DNA from: an uncultured Acidobacteriota bacterium
GTDB taxonomy: Bacteria > Acidobacteriota > JAQAZP01
Length of the DNA: 64,000 nt
Direction: 5' to 3'
Assembly: GCA_963836075.1 (NCBI GenBank)
Contig: CAWIIB010000009.1
Location: 1,472,001 to 1,536,000, forward strand
The translations under genes were made by a program, and so were the position numbers. Below, piece by piece: positions 29,602 to 39,324 of this stretch. Position 1 is the first letter of the stretch. Every line of letters starts with the position of its first letter. The notes beneath the pieces are model-generated. The model was not told the DNA's origin, ran no database searches, and worked only from the letters and a program-made list of their open reading frames with translations.

Positions 29602-30834
29602 CTATTTTTTCTGCTGCAGCAGCTTGATCGCCAGTTCCTCGATCTGCCGCCGTACCGGGGCGGTCTCCCCGAGGAAGGTGCCGCGCACCACGCCCTGGCG
29701 GTCGACGAGGATGAAGTTGGGGATGCCGGCCACACCGAGAGAGGCGAAGAGGGTGTCGCCCTCGGCCGCCACGCCCACCGGCCAGGTCAGCTGGTGGGAA
29801 GCGGCGAACGCTTCGATCAGCTCCAGCTCCTTCTCCGGCGGGGTGTCGTCGATTCTGGTCTCCTCGTCCTCGTAGTAGCCGTAGAGACGGGTCAGGCCCA
29901 CCACCCGCAGCCCCGCAGCACCGTGGCGCTGCTGCAGCTCGCGGAGGAAGGGGAACGATTTGCGGCAGGGAGGGCACCAGGGGGCCCAGAGGTCGAGGAG
30001 GCCCACCTCTCCGTCCAGCAGGGTGGCCAGGTCGGCGACGTTCGGTTCCGTGCCGACCCAGGTCAGTTCGGGCAACTGGGGCAGGGGCTGTTTCACCAGG
30101 CCGTGCTGGTGGATGAAGTTCACCATCCGGGTGTTCAGGTTCTGGTCATCGGGAAAGCGGGCCATGGCGTCGCGGGCCGCCGCCGCGGCCAGATCCTCGC
30201 TGCCTGCGTCGCGGTGGATGTAGGCGATCCACCTTGCGGCCACCGGGGCCAGGCGCTGGTCCCCGCTGTCCCGCACCAGCTCCAGCAGGGGCAGGGTGTC
30301 GGCCCAGCGGCTCTCCTCCTCGTAGGCCTCCACCAGCTGGAACACCAGGCCGTTGAAACTGCCGGTGACCGCGGGGGTGACGCTTCTGTCGGCCACCGCC
30401 ATCAGGTGCTCCTGTGCCCGGTCGGGGTCGCCGGTGTCCAGGCGGGCGTCCGCCGCAGCCATCCGGGCCAGGTCGGACATCTCACCTTCAAAACCGGGGA
30501 GGTTGGTTTCCAGCAGGGTCCGGGCATCTTCCGGCCGCCCGGCGGCCTGCAGCAGGGACCCGGCATAGAACGCGGCATCGCCCTGCAGGCCGGGCACTTC
30601 TTCGCCCAGCAGCCGCACGGCCTCTTCCTTCAGTTTCCCGGCCCGCGCTTCACGGTCGGCCGCGGTCTCGCCTTCAGGTTGGGCCTCGGAATAGGCGATC
30701 CACTCCTGGTAGGCATTCTCGAAACGAGCGGAGTGGTCAACCATGCAGCCGGCCATGGTGAGCAGCAGGACGATTCCCGGGAGGGCGGTGAATAGTGCCG
30801 GCAGGGCCGGCTTCACGCAGTGTTCAGTTGTCAT
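29602..30834 (-). CDS. TlpA-family thioredoxin-like lipoprotein with TPR-like N-terminal region
   Basis: Lipobox-like MAGC, LDLWAPWCPPCR and GIPNFILVDRQGVVR. Start at MTTEH after GAGGAG. Confidence 0.8.
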   Translation of the reverse strand: MTTEHCVKPALPALFTALPGIVLLLTMAGCMVDHSARFENAYQEWIAYSEAQPEGETAADREARAGKLKEEAVRLLGEEVPGLQGDAAFYAGSLLQAAGRPEDARTLLETNLPGFEGEMSDLARMAAADARLDTGDPDRAQEHLMAVADRSVTPAVTGSFNGLVFQLVEAYEEESRWADTLPLLELVRDSGDQRLAPVAARWIAYIHRDAGSEDLAAAAARDAMARFPDDQNLNTRMVNFIHQHGLVKQPLPQLPELTWVGTEPNVADLATLLDGEVGLLDLWAPWCPPCRKSFPFLRELQQRHGAAGLRVVGLTRLYGYYEDEETRIDDTPPEKELELIEAFAASHQLTWPVGVAAEGDTLFASLGVAGIPNFILVDRQGVVRGTFLGETAPVRRQIEELAIKLLQQKK

Positions 30835-30845
30835 GGTCACTCTCC

Positions 30846-31688
30846 TCAGTGCTCGCGGTGTTCGCCGTGGCCGTGGCGGCACTGGTGGTCATGCTCTTCA
30901 TGGCAGTCGTGATCGTGTTTTTCGTGGCATCCGTGATGCTGGTGTCCGCACCCCGTATCAGCCGCCACCCCGAGGGTCGCCCGCAGCAGATTGGGCAGCC
31001 CGGGGAAAGTGCGCTGGCCGCAGCCGTACCCGGTGCGTTCGGGGCGGATGGAGAGGGCCAGCCGTTCCTCGCTGAGGGTGCAGAGCAGGGCGGCGCCGGT
31101 GGGGGTGGTCAGTTCCCCCTCCAGGTCGAGATAGTCGAGGGTCCGGCCCTGGACCAGGGCCAGGGTGGCGGGCGCCGGAACCGGGATCACCCCGTGGGCC
31201 GCCCGGATGGTCCCGCGACCGGTCTTCAGCGGACCGGCAAAGACCCGCTCCACCCCCAGGTGGTGGATCCCCAGGCAGGTGCCGGTGATGTCGGCGATGG
31301 CGTCCACCGCGCCCACCTCGTGGAAGTGGACCTTTTCCGGCGGCACGCCGTGGACGTGGCCTTCGGCGTCGGCCAGCCGGCGAAAAACCGCCGAGGAGGC
31401 CGCCTTCACCTGGTCGGGGAGGGTCGAGTCACCGATCATGCCGAGGATCTTCCCCAGGTGCCGGTGATGGGTCGATTCCTCCAGGACATCCACGGCCAGC
31501 TGCGTGGCTCTGATGCCGTGCTCTTCGCGGTGTCCGTGTCCGAAAGCCACCACGCCGGGGCCCAGCAGGCCGTCCATCGCCTCCTGGAGCAGTTCCACGG
31601 GGACACCGAGGTCCACCAGGGCGCCGAGGCACATATCACCGCTGGCGCCGCCCACGCATTCAAAGTAGAGATCTTTGCCCACGGCCAT
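30846..31688 (-). CDS. larC: LarC-family nickel insertion protein, N-terminal domain only, with a His/Cys-rich tail
   Basis: GASGDMCLGAL, AEGHVHG....VHFHEVGAVDAIADI, HG.IPVPAPAT, ELTTPTGAA and GYG.G...PNLLR. It ends in HQHHGCHEKHDHDCHEEHDHQCRHGHGEHREH. Confidence 0.82.
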   Translation of the reverse strand: MAVGKDLYFECVGGASGDMCLGALVDLGVPVELLQEAMDGLLGPGVVAFGHGHREEHGIRATQLAVDVLEESTHHRHLGKILGMIGDSTLPDQVKAASSAVFRRLADAEGHVHGVPPEKVHFHEVGAVDAIADITGTCLGIHHLGVERVFAGPLKTGRGTIRAAHGVIPVPAPATLALVQGRTLDYLDLEGELTTPTGAALLCTLSEERLALSIRPERTGYGCGQRTFPGLPNLLRATLGVAADTGCGHQHHGCHEKHDHDCHEEHDHQCRHGHGEHREH

Positions 31689-31778
31689 CCCCCTCCACTA
31701 GAATAATTGCTTCCCAGCCCTTGCTCACACAGTAGACCACGGTCCCCCCGGGGGTCAAGTTAACACCGCCCGGGACAA

Positions 31779-31807
31779 TTGACTGACCCTGGCCCTTGGC
31801 ATATAAT
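31779..31807 (+). promoter_or_regulatory. Near-consensus sigma70 promoter for rny-ychF
   Basis: TTGACT-17 bp-TATAAT. A divergent TTGACC-18 bp-TACTGT for larC lies at about 31729-31758. Confidence 0.7.
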
Positions 31808-31919
31808 TGATTTGTAATAGTTTCTGCGATAAGTGCAGTTCTGGCAGAGACTTCCGCCACCCGGGCCTTCCCGCCCGGGCAGGGGAGCCTGCGGAGCTTG
31901 GAATGAAAGAGCGAAACCA

Positions 31920-33497
31920 ATGAAATCAATAGAAATCATGAAGCTGATGATCCTGGTTGGACCGATCGTCGGCGGGGTGATCGGCTACACCATCGCCCTC
32001 TACTTCAGCAAGCACTCGGACAAGCGCAAGCTGGACGAGGCGTCCAAGGGCGCCGAACGGATCATCGAGAGCGCCAAGCGCAAGGGTGAGCGGGAAAAGC
32101 AGAAGATCGTCATCGCCGGCAAGGAGCAGATCTACTCCGAGAAGGAGAAGATCGAGAACGAGTTCCGCGAACAGCGCCAGGAACTGGCCAAGACCGAGAA
32201 CCGGCTGAACCAGCGCGAAGGGAACGTCAACAAGAAGAGCGACATGATGCTCGCCCGCGAGAAAAAAGTGGCGGAGCGGGAAAAGACCGTTGAGCGCCGG
32301 TCCGAGAACCTGGAGCGGCAGGCCGAGGAAGTGGAAACGGCGAAGGAGGAGCAGGTCCACAAGCTGCAGGTGATCAGCGGCTACTCCCGTGAGGAAGCGA
32401 AGAAAGAGCTCTTCCGCTCCCTGGAGAAAGAAGCCCGCTACGATGCGGCGGTGATGGTCAAGGAGATCAAGGACGAGGCCACGGCCACCGCCACCAGGGA
32501 AGCCAAGCGGATCGTCACCAATGCCATCGAACGCTGCGCCGGCAGCCACAGCGCCGAGACCACCGTTTCGGTGGTCCAGCTCCCTGACGAGAAGCTCAAG
32601 GGCAAGATCATCGGCCGTGAAGGCAAGAACATCCGGGCCTTCGAGGAGGCCACCGGCGTGCAACTGGTGGTGGACGACACGCCGGAAGCGGTGCTCATCT
32701 CCGCATTCGACCCCATCCGCCGTGAAGTGGCCCGGGTGGCCCTCCAGGAACTGATCGCCTCCTCGCGTATCGTCCCCGAGCGGATCGAAGCGGTGGTGGT
32801 CAAGGCCAATGTGCAGATGGAGGAGGAGATCAAGAAGGCGGGTGACAAAGCGCTGAAGGAACTGGGGATCAAGAACATGAACCCCAAGCTGGTCCAGCTC
32901 CTGGGCCGGCTGAAATACCGCTCCAGCTACGGCCAGAACGTGCTCAACCACTCCATCGAGGTGGCCTTCCTCACTTACGCCATGGCCAAGCAGCTGCGGA
33001 TTGACGCCCGTTTTGCCAAGCGGGCCGGCCTGCTGCACGACATCGGCAAGGCGGTGGACCGCGGCGTTGAGGGGACTCACACCGAAATCGGGGTCAAGAT
33101 CGCCCAGGGGTTCAACGAGAACCCGCTGGTGCTCAATTCCATCGCCGCACACCACGAGGACGTGCCGGCCACCAGCCTGCTTTCGGTGCTGGTTTCGGCG
33201 GCGGACGCCATTTCCGGTGCCCGGCCCGGAGCGCGTCGGGAAAGCCTCGAGGGTTATATCAAGAGGCTGGAGAAGCTGGAGGGCCTGTCGGAGTCGTTCG
33301 ACGGCGTGGACAAGGCTTTCGCCATCAAGGCCGGTCGCGAGATCCGGGTGATGGTGGAGAACGACAAGGTGGATGACGCCCACGCCATGGTTCTGGCAAA
33401 CGACATCGCCAAGAAGATCGAGGCCGAGGCGGAATACCCCGGCAAGATAAAGGTCACCGTCATCCGCGAATTCCGTGCCGTGGAGCACGCGCGATAA
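31920..33497 (+). CDS. rny: Ribonuclease Y
   Basis: N-terminal TM anchor, coiled coil, KH domain (KGKIIGREGKNIRAFE), HD domain (SYGQNVL.HS, GLLHDIGK) and ADAISGARPGAR. Confidence 0.96.
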   Translation: MKSIEIMKLMILVGPIVGGVIGYTIALYFSKHSDKRKLDEASKGAERIIESAKRKGEREKQKIVIAGKEQIYSEKEKIENEFREQRQELAKTENRLNQREGNVNKKSDMMLAREKKVAEREKTVERRSENLERQAEEVETAKEEQVHKLQVISGYSREEAKKELFRSLEKEARYDAAVMVKEIKDEATATATREAKRIVTNAIERCAGSHSAETTVSVVQLPDEKLKGKIIGREGKNIRAFEEATGVQLVVDDTPEAVLISAFDPIRREVARVALQELIASSRIVPERIEAVVVKANVQMEEEIKKAGDKALKELGIKNMNPKLVQLLGRLKYRSSYGQNVLNHSIEVAFLTYAMAKQLRIDARFAKRAGLLHDIGKAVDRGVEGTHTEIGVKIAQGFNENPLVLNSIAAHHEDVPATSLLSVLVSAADAISGARPGARRESLEGYIKRLEKLEGLSESFDGVDKAFAIKAGREIRVMVENDKVDDAHAMVLANDIAKKIEAEAEYPGKIKVTVIREFRAVEHAR

Positions 33498-33502
33498 GAG
33501 CC

Positions 33503-33524
33503 GGCTCCGGCATTGGCCGGAGCC
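33503..33524. other. Perfect intergenic hairpin after rny
   Basis: GGCTCCGGC-ATTG-GCCGGAGCC with no U-tract; probably an mRNA stability or pause element. Confidence 0.4.
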
Positions 33525-33572
33525 TCCGCAGCGGTTTCGCCCCGCGACGGCTTTACCCCGGGACCTGGTGTC

Positions 33573-34667
33573 ATGTCCCTGTCCGTCGGCATCATCGGCC
33601 TGCCCAACGTGGGCAAGTCCACACTCTTCAACACCCTGACCAGCGCCGGGGCCGAGGCCTCAAACTATCCCTTCTGCACCATCGACAGGAACGTGGGCGT
33701 GGCCCTGGTCCCGGACCCGCGGCTCCGCGCGCTGGAGACCCTGCTGCAGCCGGAGGAGTGCCTGCCGGCCTCGGTAAACCTGGTGGACGTGGCCGGTCTG
33801 GTCAAGGGCGCCCACCGGGGCGAGGGGCTGGGCAACCGCTTCCTCGGCCACCTGCGGGAGACCGATGCCCTGCTGCATGTGGTCCGCTGCTTCAACGATG
33901 CCAACGTCTCCCACACCGGCGGTGCGGTGGACCCGGCGGCAGATGCGGCTCTCATCGACCTCGAGCTGACCCTGGCCGACCTGGAGCAGGCCGAACGGGC
34001 GCTGGGGGAGCTGGGCAAGAAGGCGAGGACCGAGCCGAAGAAATACGCCCGGCAGGGCGCGTTGCTGGAGAAGGTGCGGGACCACCTGGCCGGGGACCGG
34101 CCGCTGCGCCTGTTGGAACTGCGGCCCAAGGAGGGGCCGGCGCTCAAGGGGTACGGGTTCCTGACCCTCAAACCGGTGCTCTACTGCGCCAACGTGGACG
34201 AGGACGACCTCGCTGACGGCGGCGGGGTGCTCTGCCGGCAGCTGTCCGGCGCGGTGGGGGAGAAACTGGTGCTGCCGGTTTCCGCCCGGGTGGAGGGTGA
34301 ACTGCTGGAGCTTGCGGTAGAGGAGCGGGACGATTTCCGTGAGGCGCTGGGGCTCAGCGGGGACAGTATCTCCCGGGTGGCCGCGGCCTGTGCCCGGCTG
34401 CTCGACCTGGTCTCCTTCTACACCACCGCCAACAACAAGCTTCGTGCCTGGCATGTCCCCGCGGGCACCCCGGCGCCGGCCGCGGCGGGACAGATTCACA
34501 GCGACATGGAACAGGGGTTTATCCGGGCCGAGGTGGCCGGCAGCGATGAGTTGCTGGCCGAAGGATCCATGGCCCGGCTACAGGAGCAGGGGCGGGTGCG
34601 CAACGAGGGCCGCGACTATGAAGTGGGGGACGGCGACGTGATCCACTTCCTGTTCAGGGGGAATTGA
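33573..34667 (+). CDS. ychF: Redox-regulated ATPase YchF
   Basis: GIIGLPNVGKSTLFN, NYPFCTI, DVAGLVKGA..GEGLGN.FL, AAG.IHSD...GFIRAEV and EGRDY.V.DGD. Confidence 0.96.
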   Translation: MSLSVGIIGLPNVGKSTLFNTLTSAGAEASNYPFCTIDRNVGVALVPDPRLRALETLLQPEECLPASVNLVDVAGLVKGAHRGEGLGNRFLGHLRETDALLHVVRCFNDANVSHTGGAVDPAADAALIDLELTLADLEQAERALGELGKKARTEPKKYARQGALLEKVRDHLAGDRPLRLLELRPKEGPALKGYGFLTLKPVLYCANVDEDDLADGGGVLCRQLSGAVGEKLVLPVSARVEGELLELAVEERDDFREALGLSGDSISRVAAACARLLDLVSFYTTANNKLRAWHVPAGTPAPAAAGQIHSDMEQGFIRAEVAGSDELLAEGSMARLQEQGRVRNEGRDYEVGDGDVIHFLFRGN

Positions 34668-34668
34668 A

Positions 34669-37095
34669 ATGCCAGCGACGATGTACCAGTTGATGCGCAC
34701 CCGGCAGCTGTGGGCCACCGCGCTCCTGGGCCTGGTGCTGATGATCCCCGGGGCTCCTGCGGCACCGGCGGACGGCGGCTTCATGGACCTCCACTGGGCC
34801 CGCCACCACGACGGTGACGAATTCGGTGCGGACATGGCCGTCGACATGGCCACCGGGACCGACGGGTCCGTCTGCGTCACCGGAGTCAGTGACAATGCCC
34901 TGGCCGACCCCGATTACCTGACCCTCAGATACCTGCCCGACGGGACCCTGAACTGGTCCAACCGCTTTGCCGGCGAGGGCGGGGACACTCCCCAGGCCAT
35001 CGACGTTGACCGGGAGAGCGGCGCCGTCGTGGTCACCGGCTACTCCTGGATCAGCGATCCCGAGGGGCACCAGATCCTCACCATCCTCTACGAACCTGAC
35101 GGCAGCACCCGCTGGGAACGGTATTTCGGCGGGCTGGGGGACGGCAACAACTCCGGCTACGACGTGGCTTTTGACGGAGCGGGAAACGTGGTGGTGGGTG
35201 GAGTGTCCTACCGCAACGACTCGGACTACGACTTCGTCACGGTGAAATACAACCCCCAGGGGGACCTGGAGTGGTCAGAATACTATGACGGTCCCGCCGG
35301 GTTCTACGATCAGATCTTTGCCCTGGTCATTGACGGGCAGGACCGGATCTACGTCACCGGGCGCAGCGCCGGCGGCTCCGGTCAGGGGCAGGACTACTGC
35401 ACCGTCTGCTACAGCCCCGGGGGGACGGAACTCTGGACCGCCCGCTACGCCGGTCCGGCCATGGGCGACGACGTGCCCAAAGCCATCGCGCTGCACCCCG
35501 GGGGCGGGGTGGTGGTGGCCGGCGCCTCGGATGGTTCCGGCAGTGCGGGTAGCGACGTGGTCGTGATCCGTTACGACGGGGAGGGCAACGAGCTCTGGGT
35601 CAGGCGCTACGACTCTCCTGACGGCGGCGACGACACCTGTCTCGACCTGGCCGTGGCCGGGGAGGGCGTCTCCTTTGCCGTGGGCAGCTGTTCCTCCTCC
35701 ACCGGGGACTCCGACCTGCTGGTCTACCGGGTGTCCTCCGACGGCAGCGATGCCACTGCCCTGCGCCGTGACGGTCCGGACGGGGGTGACGACGGCGCGT
35801 ATGCCGCCGTGGCGGACGGACGCGGCGGCGTGCTGGTGGCCGGGACCGAGGTGGACGATACTGCCGGCGGGTGGAACAACCTGCTGCTGCTCAAGCTGGA
35901 CTGTTTTGGGACCCTGCTCTGGGCCGAGACCTACAACGGCCCCGAAAACGGGCGCGATGAGGCCCGGGCCGTGGCCGCACTGCCCGGTGGCGGTGCAGCG
36001 GCTGCCGGTCTCAGTTACGGTGGCAAGAGCGGCAATGACATTCTCACCGTATCCTTTATCCAGCCAAGCTGCCTGCTTTTCACTGCCCCAGGCCCCGGGC
36101 CGGGCAATCCCGCCCGGGTCCGCTGCTTCCACCCCGCGGACACCGGTCAGCTGATCACCGACGTTGCGGTGTACGGCGTTGACGACTACGGGGCCAATGT
36201 GGCTGCCGGCGACCTGGACGGTGACGGTGACGCCGAACTGCTCACCGGCCCCGGACCGGGTGCGGTGTTCGGGCCCCAGGTACGGGCTTTCGAGTCCTGC
36301 GGCGTGCCCCTGGCCGGCGGAGCGGTGAACTTCTTTGCTTACGGCACCCTGAAATACGGGGTCAATGTGGCCGCCGGCGACCTGGATGGCGACGGGACTG
36401 ATGAGATTCTCACCGGCGCAGGCCCGGGTGCGGTGTTCGGCCCCCACGTCAGGGGGTTCGGCTACACCGCCGGGACCGGGGTGCAGCCGCTGCCCGGGGT
36501 CAGCTTCATGGCCTACGGCACACCGAAATACGGAGTGAATATTTCCGCCGGCGACCTGGACGGTGACGGGACGGATGAGATCCTCACCGGCGCCGGTCCG
36601 GGTGCAGTGTTCGGTCCCCACGTGCGGGCCTTTGCCTGGGACGGAACCTCCTCGGTTTCACCCGTGCCGGGAGTCAGCTTCTTTGCATACGGCACTTTGA
36701 GGTTCGGGGTGAACGTGGCGGCCGGCGATATCGACGGCGACGGCATCGACGAGATCATCACCGGCGCCGGCCCCGGCGAAATCTTCGGCGCCCACGTGCG
36801 GGCTTTTGACTACGACGGCGGGCCTTCCGTGGTAGCGGTGCCCGGGTCCAGCTTCTTCGCCTTCGAGACATCACGGCACGGGGTCCGGGTGTCGGCCGGT
36901 GACCTGGACCGGGACGGCAGAGACGAGATTCTCACCGTGCCCGGCCCCGATCCATCAATGGGCTGTCTGGTTCGGGCCTTCCGGCTGGAGGGCGGTGCAG
37001 TGGTGCCGGTGGAGGGGGTCGACTTTCTTGCTTTTGCCCTGGAGGAGGCCCTGCACGGCGGCAGTATTGCCGGTGCCGGACCTTCCGCGGACTGA
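34669..37095 (+). CDS. Secreted beta-propeller protein (SBBP-like repeats) with a C-terminal FG-GAP-like repeat module
   Basis: Signal peptide, N-terminal repeats D(Y/F).T..Y...G...W...Y.G, and 5 C-terminal repeats of [24 protein letters not shown]. Confidence 0.82.
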   Translation: MPATMYQLMRTRQLWATALLGLVLMIPGAPAAPADGGFMDLHWARHHDGDEFGADMAVDMATGTDGSVCVTGVSDNALADPDYLTLRYLPDGTLNWSNRFAGEGGDTPQAIDVDRESGAVVVTGYSWISDPEGHQILTILYEPDGSTRWERYFGGLGDGNNSGYDVAFDGAGNVVVGGVSYRNDSDYDFVTVKYNPQGDLEWSEYYDGPAGFYDQIFALVIDGQDRIYVTGRSAGGSGQGQDYCTVCYSPGGTELWTARYAGPAMGDDVPKAIALHPGGGVVVAGASDGSGSAGSDVVVIRYDGEGNELWVRRYDSPDGGDDTCLDLAVAGEGVSFAVGSCSSSTGDSDLLVYRVSSDGSDATALRRDGPDGGDDGAYAAVADGRGGVLVAGTEVDDTAGGWNNLLLLKLDCFGTLLWAETYNGPENGRDEARAVAALPGGGAAAAGLSYGGKSGNDILTVSFIQPSCLLFTAPGPGPGNPARVRCFHPADTGQLITDVAVYGVDDYGANVAAGDLDGDGDAELLTGPGPGAVFGPQVRAFESCGVPLAGGAVNFFAYGTLKYGVNVAAGDLDGDGTDEILTGAGPGAVFGPHVRGFGYTAGTGVQPLPGVSFMAYGTPKYGVNISAGDLDGDGTDEILTGAGPGAVFGPHVRAFAWDGTSSVSPVPGVSFFAYGTLRFGVNVAAGDIDGDGIDEIITGAGPGEIFGAHVRAFDYDGGPSVVAVPGSSFFAFETSRHGVRVSAGDLDRDGRDEILTVPGPDPSMGCLVRAFRLEGGAVVPVEGVDFLAFALEEALHGGSIAGAGPSAD
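36187..37050 (+). repeat. Five coding FG-GAP-like repeats with a 168-174 bp period
   Basis: Repeat starts at 36187, 36355, 36529, 36703 and 36877. Confidence 0.8.
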
Positions 37096-37099
37096 CCGC

Positions 37100-37936
37100 A
37101 TGGGGGTGGAGATGATCAACCCGCCCGTTGTATTGACCGCCGCCGGATCGGATTCCAGCGGCGGTGCGGGGATCCAGGCCGACCTGAAGACCTTTGCCGC
37201 ACTCGGTGTTCACGGGGCCACGGTGCTCACTGCGATCACCGCCCAGAACAGCCGCGAGGTGCGGGCCGTGGGGCCGGTGCCGCCGGAACTGGTGCGCCGG
37301 CAGATCGACAGCGTGATGGGCGAACTGCCGGTGAGGGCGCTGAAGACCGGCATGCTGGTCAACGCCGGCATCATCCAGTGTCTGGCCGAGGCAGTGAAGC
37401 ATTACGGTATCGGCCAGCTGGTGCTGGACCCGGTGATGCTCGCCTCCAGCGGCGGCCGGCTGCTGGACCGTGGCGCGCTGCAGGTGCTGGTCAGGGAACT
37501 TTTCCCCCTGGCCGCCCTGGTGACCCCCAACATTCCGGAAGCCGAAGCGCTTCTCGGCCGGCCCCTGCGCAGGTTCAGTGATCTCCCGCCGGCGGTGCGC
37601 GACCTCCAGGCCCTGGGCCCCCGGGCCGTGGTGCTCAAGGGTGGTCACGGCAAAGACCCGGACACCTGTCTCGACCTGCTGTTCGACGGCAGCGACGTGG
37701 TGGAGTTTGCCGCACCACGCATCATCACCCGCAACAACCGGGGCACCGGATGCACTTTTGCGTCGACGGCCGCCGCCCTGCTGGCCCGTGGCCGGGACCT
37801 TTGTTCGGCCGTCCAGGGAGCCAAGGACTATGTCCACGCCGCCCTGACCGCCGCCGCCGGCCGGGAGACCTTTGGCCAGGCCGGCCCCATCGAACATTTC
37901 CCTCCTCTCATGCCCGAGTCCCTGAACCTCTCCTGA
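37100..37936 (+). CDS. thiD: Hydroxymethylpyrimidine/phosphomethylpyrimidine kinase
   Basis: [44 protein letters not shown] and GTGCTF. Start is either 37100 or 37112. Confidence 0.95.
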   Translation: MGVEMINPPVVLTAAGSDSSGGAGIQADLKTFAALGVHGATVLTAITAQNSREVRAVGPVPPELVRRQIDSVMGELPVRALKTGMLVNAGIIQCLAEAVKHYGIGQLVLDPVMLASSGGRLLDRGALQVLVRELFPLAALVTPNIPEAEALLGRPLRRFSDLPPAVRDLQALGPRAVVLKGGHGKDPDTCLDLLFDGSDVVEFAAPRIITRNNRGTGCTFASTAAALLARGRDLCSAVQGAKDYVHAALTAAAGRETFGQAGPIEHFPPLMPESLNLS

Positions 37937-38005
37937 TCTCTCATCTGATAAACGTGAGTCCCGCCGGCCCCTGCGGGGAAGGAGAAAAAATAGCTGGAAC
38001 AAAGA

Positions 38006-38050
38006 TTGACTTATTGACGTTTAGGATATATATAGTTAATATCTTAACTA
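38006..38050 (+). promoter_or_regulatory. AT-rich promoter with palindromic operator heading the small-gene array
   Basis: Overlapping TTGACT-17-TATATA and TTGACG-17-TAATAT. Perfect inverted repeat TAGTTAA-TATC-TTAACTA at 38033-38050. Confidence 0.65.
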
Positions 38051-38070
38051 AAATGCAGGAGGGAAAGATA

Positions 38071-38331
38071 ATGAACACCATGGAAAAAATCAAGGGTCTG
38101 GAGAAGGCCGGGAAGGGATACCTCAATCCGAAGCTGGTCAAAGCCTGCACCTTTTACACCATCAGCTCCTGCATCGGACTGAGCACCATCACCGCCATCC
38201 TGGCCATCTGGGAGTTCACCGCCCAGGACACCCTCTGGCGGACCATCTCCACCTTTGGCGTGATTACCCTCGGTTCGGCCATTTTTGCCGTGGTCAACGC
38301 CTGGTTCGGCATCGAAAGGCAGGGTGGATGA
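38071..38331 (+). CDS. Small two-TM membrane protein
   Basis: AGGAGG RBS and two hydrophobic segments. Stop overlaps the next start (ATGA). Confidence 0.7.
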   Translation: MNTMEKIKGLEKAGKGYLNPKLVKACTFYTISSCIGLSTITAILAIWEFTAQDTLWRTISTFGVITLGSAIFAVVNAWFGIERQGG

Positions 38332-38558
38332 GAATGGACGCCAAACATCTGCTTGAACGAGCGCTGATCCTGGCCCTCCTCTTCATCATCGTCCTGCAAC
38401 TGGGGGGTGCGGCCGTGCGAGCCGACCTGTCTGGTCCAGCGGCCCGGGAGAGTGGTACAGCACAGACGGAAGAAGTGGCCGAGAGATGCTGCCGGATGGT
38501 GGGTTTCCCGCACAACGATATCGAGGCTTGCCAGATGCTGATGCAGTTCTTCCGCTAA
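38328..38558 (+). CDS. Small secreted or membrane peptide with CC...C motif
   Basis: Signal-like N-terminus (..VRA|D) and translational coupling to the upstream gene. Confidence 0.55.
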   Translation: MRMDAKHLLERALILALLFIIVLQLGGAAVRADLSGPAARESGTAQTEEVAERCCRMVGFPHNDIEACQMLMQFFR

Positions 38559-38581
38559 GACTGCCGGCTGGAGTGGGAAAA

Positions 38582-38722
38582 ATGTATCTCAAACTGTTTT
38601 TGATGCTGGCGGCCTCGGGCATGACCCTGGTGCTGCTCCTGGGGGCGGCGGTGCTGGCCAGTGAGGAAGTGGACGCTGCGGCGGGTGAACAACAGGAGGT
38701 CACGCGCGGAAAAAAGGCGTGA
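38582..38722 (+). CDS. 46-aa signal-peptide-bearing ORF, possibly a truncated relic
   Basis: GGAG RBS and sequence MYLKLFLMLAASGMTLVLLLGAAVLA|SEEV... Confidence 0.45.
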   Translation: MYLKLFLMLAASGMTLVLLLGAAVLASEEVDAAAGEQQEVTRGKKA

Positions 38723-38741
38723 ACCGGAAAAGGGGGGGATT

Positions 38742-39278
38742 ATGAAAGTACAGATCGCACTCATCATCATGGTCGTGATCACGCTTTCCATGGCTGCCAC
38801 CGGTGTGGTGCAGGGCGGGGAGAGCACTCCGGTCCTCAAGGTGGGGACCTTCGATTCTCGGGCCGTGGCGCTGGCTTTCTGGCGCAGCCCGGAGGGGATG
38901 GAGATCCTCAACGGCCTGCACAAGGAGATGGCGAAAGCGAAGGAAGAGCGAGACGAGAAACGGATCGCGGAGCTGGAGGTCGAGGGGCCGGGCCTGCAGG
39001 TGCGTCTCCACCAGCAGGTCTTCAGCACCGGCAGCGTCACCGACGTGATCGAGCGGATCGAGAAGAAGCTGCCAAAGATCGCCGAGGAGGCCGGTGTGGC
39101 GATCATCGTGCCCCGGTGGAACGTGGCCTGGCAGGGAGGCGACGTGGAAGTAGTCGATCTCACTGACCAGCTGGTCAGGTGCTTCAACCCGAGCGAAGAT
39201 ATTTTGATGATGATCGGGCAGATGGGTGATCAGAAGCCGGTGCCCATTGAAGAGCTTTCCATGGACCCGAATCATTGA
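38742..39278 (+). CDS. Secreted hypothetical protein (Skp/OmpH-like layout)
   Basis: Signal peptide, KVGTFDSRAV, a coiled coil and IAEEAGVAIIV...DLTDQLV. Confidence 0.7.
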   Translation: MKVQIALIIMVVITLSMAATGVVQGGESTPVLKVGTFDSRAVALAFWRSPEGMEILNGLHKEMAKAKEERDEKRIAELEVEGPGLQVRLHQQVFSTGSVTDVIERIEKKLPKIAEEAGVAIIVPRWNVAWQGGDVEVVDLTDQLVRCFNPSEDILMMIGQMGDQKPVPIEELSMDPNH

Positions 39279-39324
39279 GCCGGACTTCACTGGAATGTAT
39301 CGGCAACCAGGCAGGACTCGAACG

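Noticed and set aside
30600-30950. Programmed frameshift from larC into a LarC2 domain
   Set aside because: The downstream frames encode the thioredoxin protein, and no LarC2-like sequence is visible.
31808-31919. 6S RNA upstream of rny
   Set aside because: The leader is only about 110 nt, has no long rod-like pairing, and lacks zapA/ygfA context.
26578-37050. Periodic repeats as a possible CRISPR array
   Set aside because: The 45-bp and about 174-bp repeats are in-frame coding repeats with synonymous variation and no unique spacers. No cas genes are present.
37096-37112. TPP riboswitch before thiD
   Set aside because: There is no intergenic space and no TPP consensus was seen.
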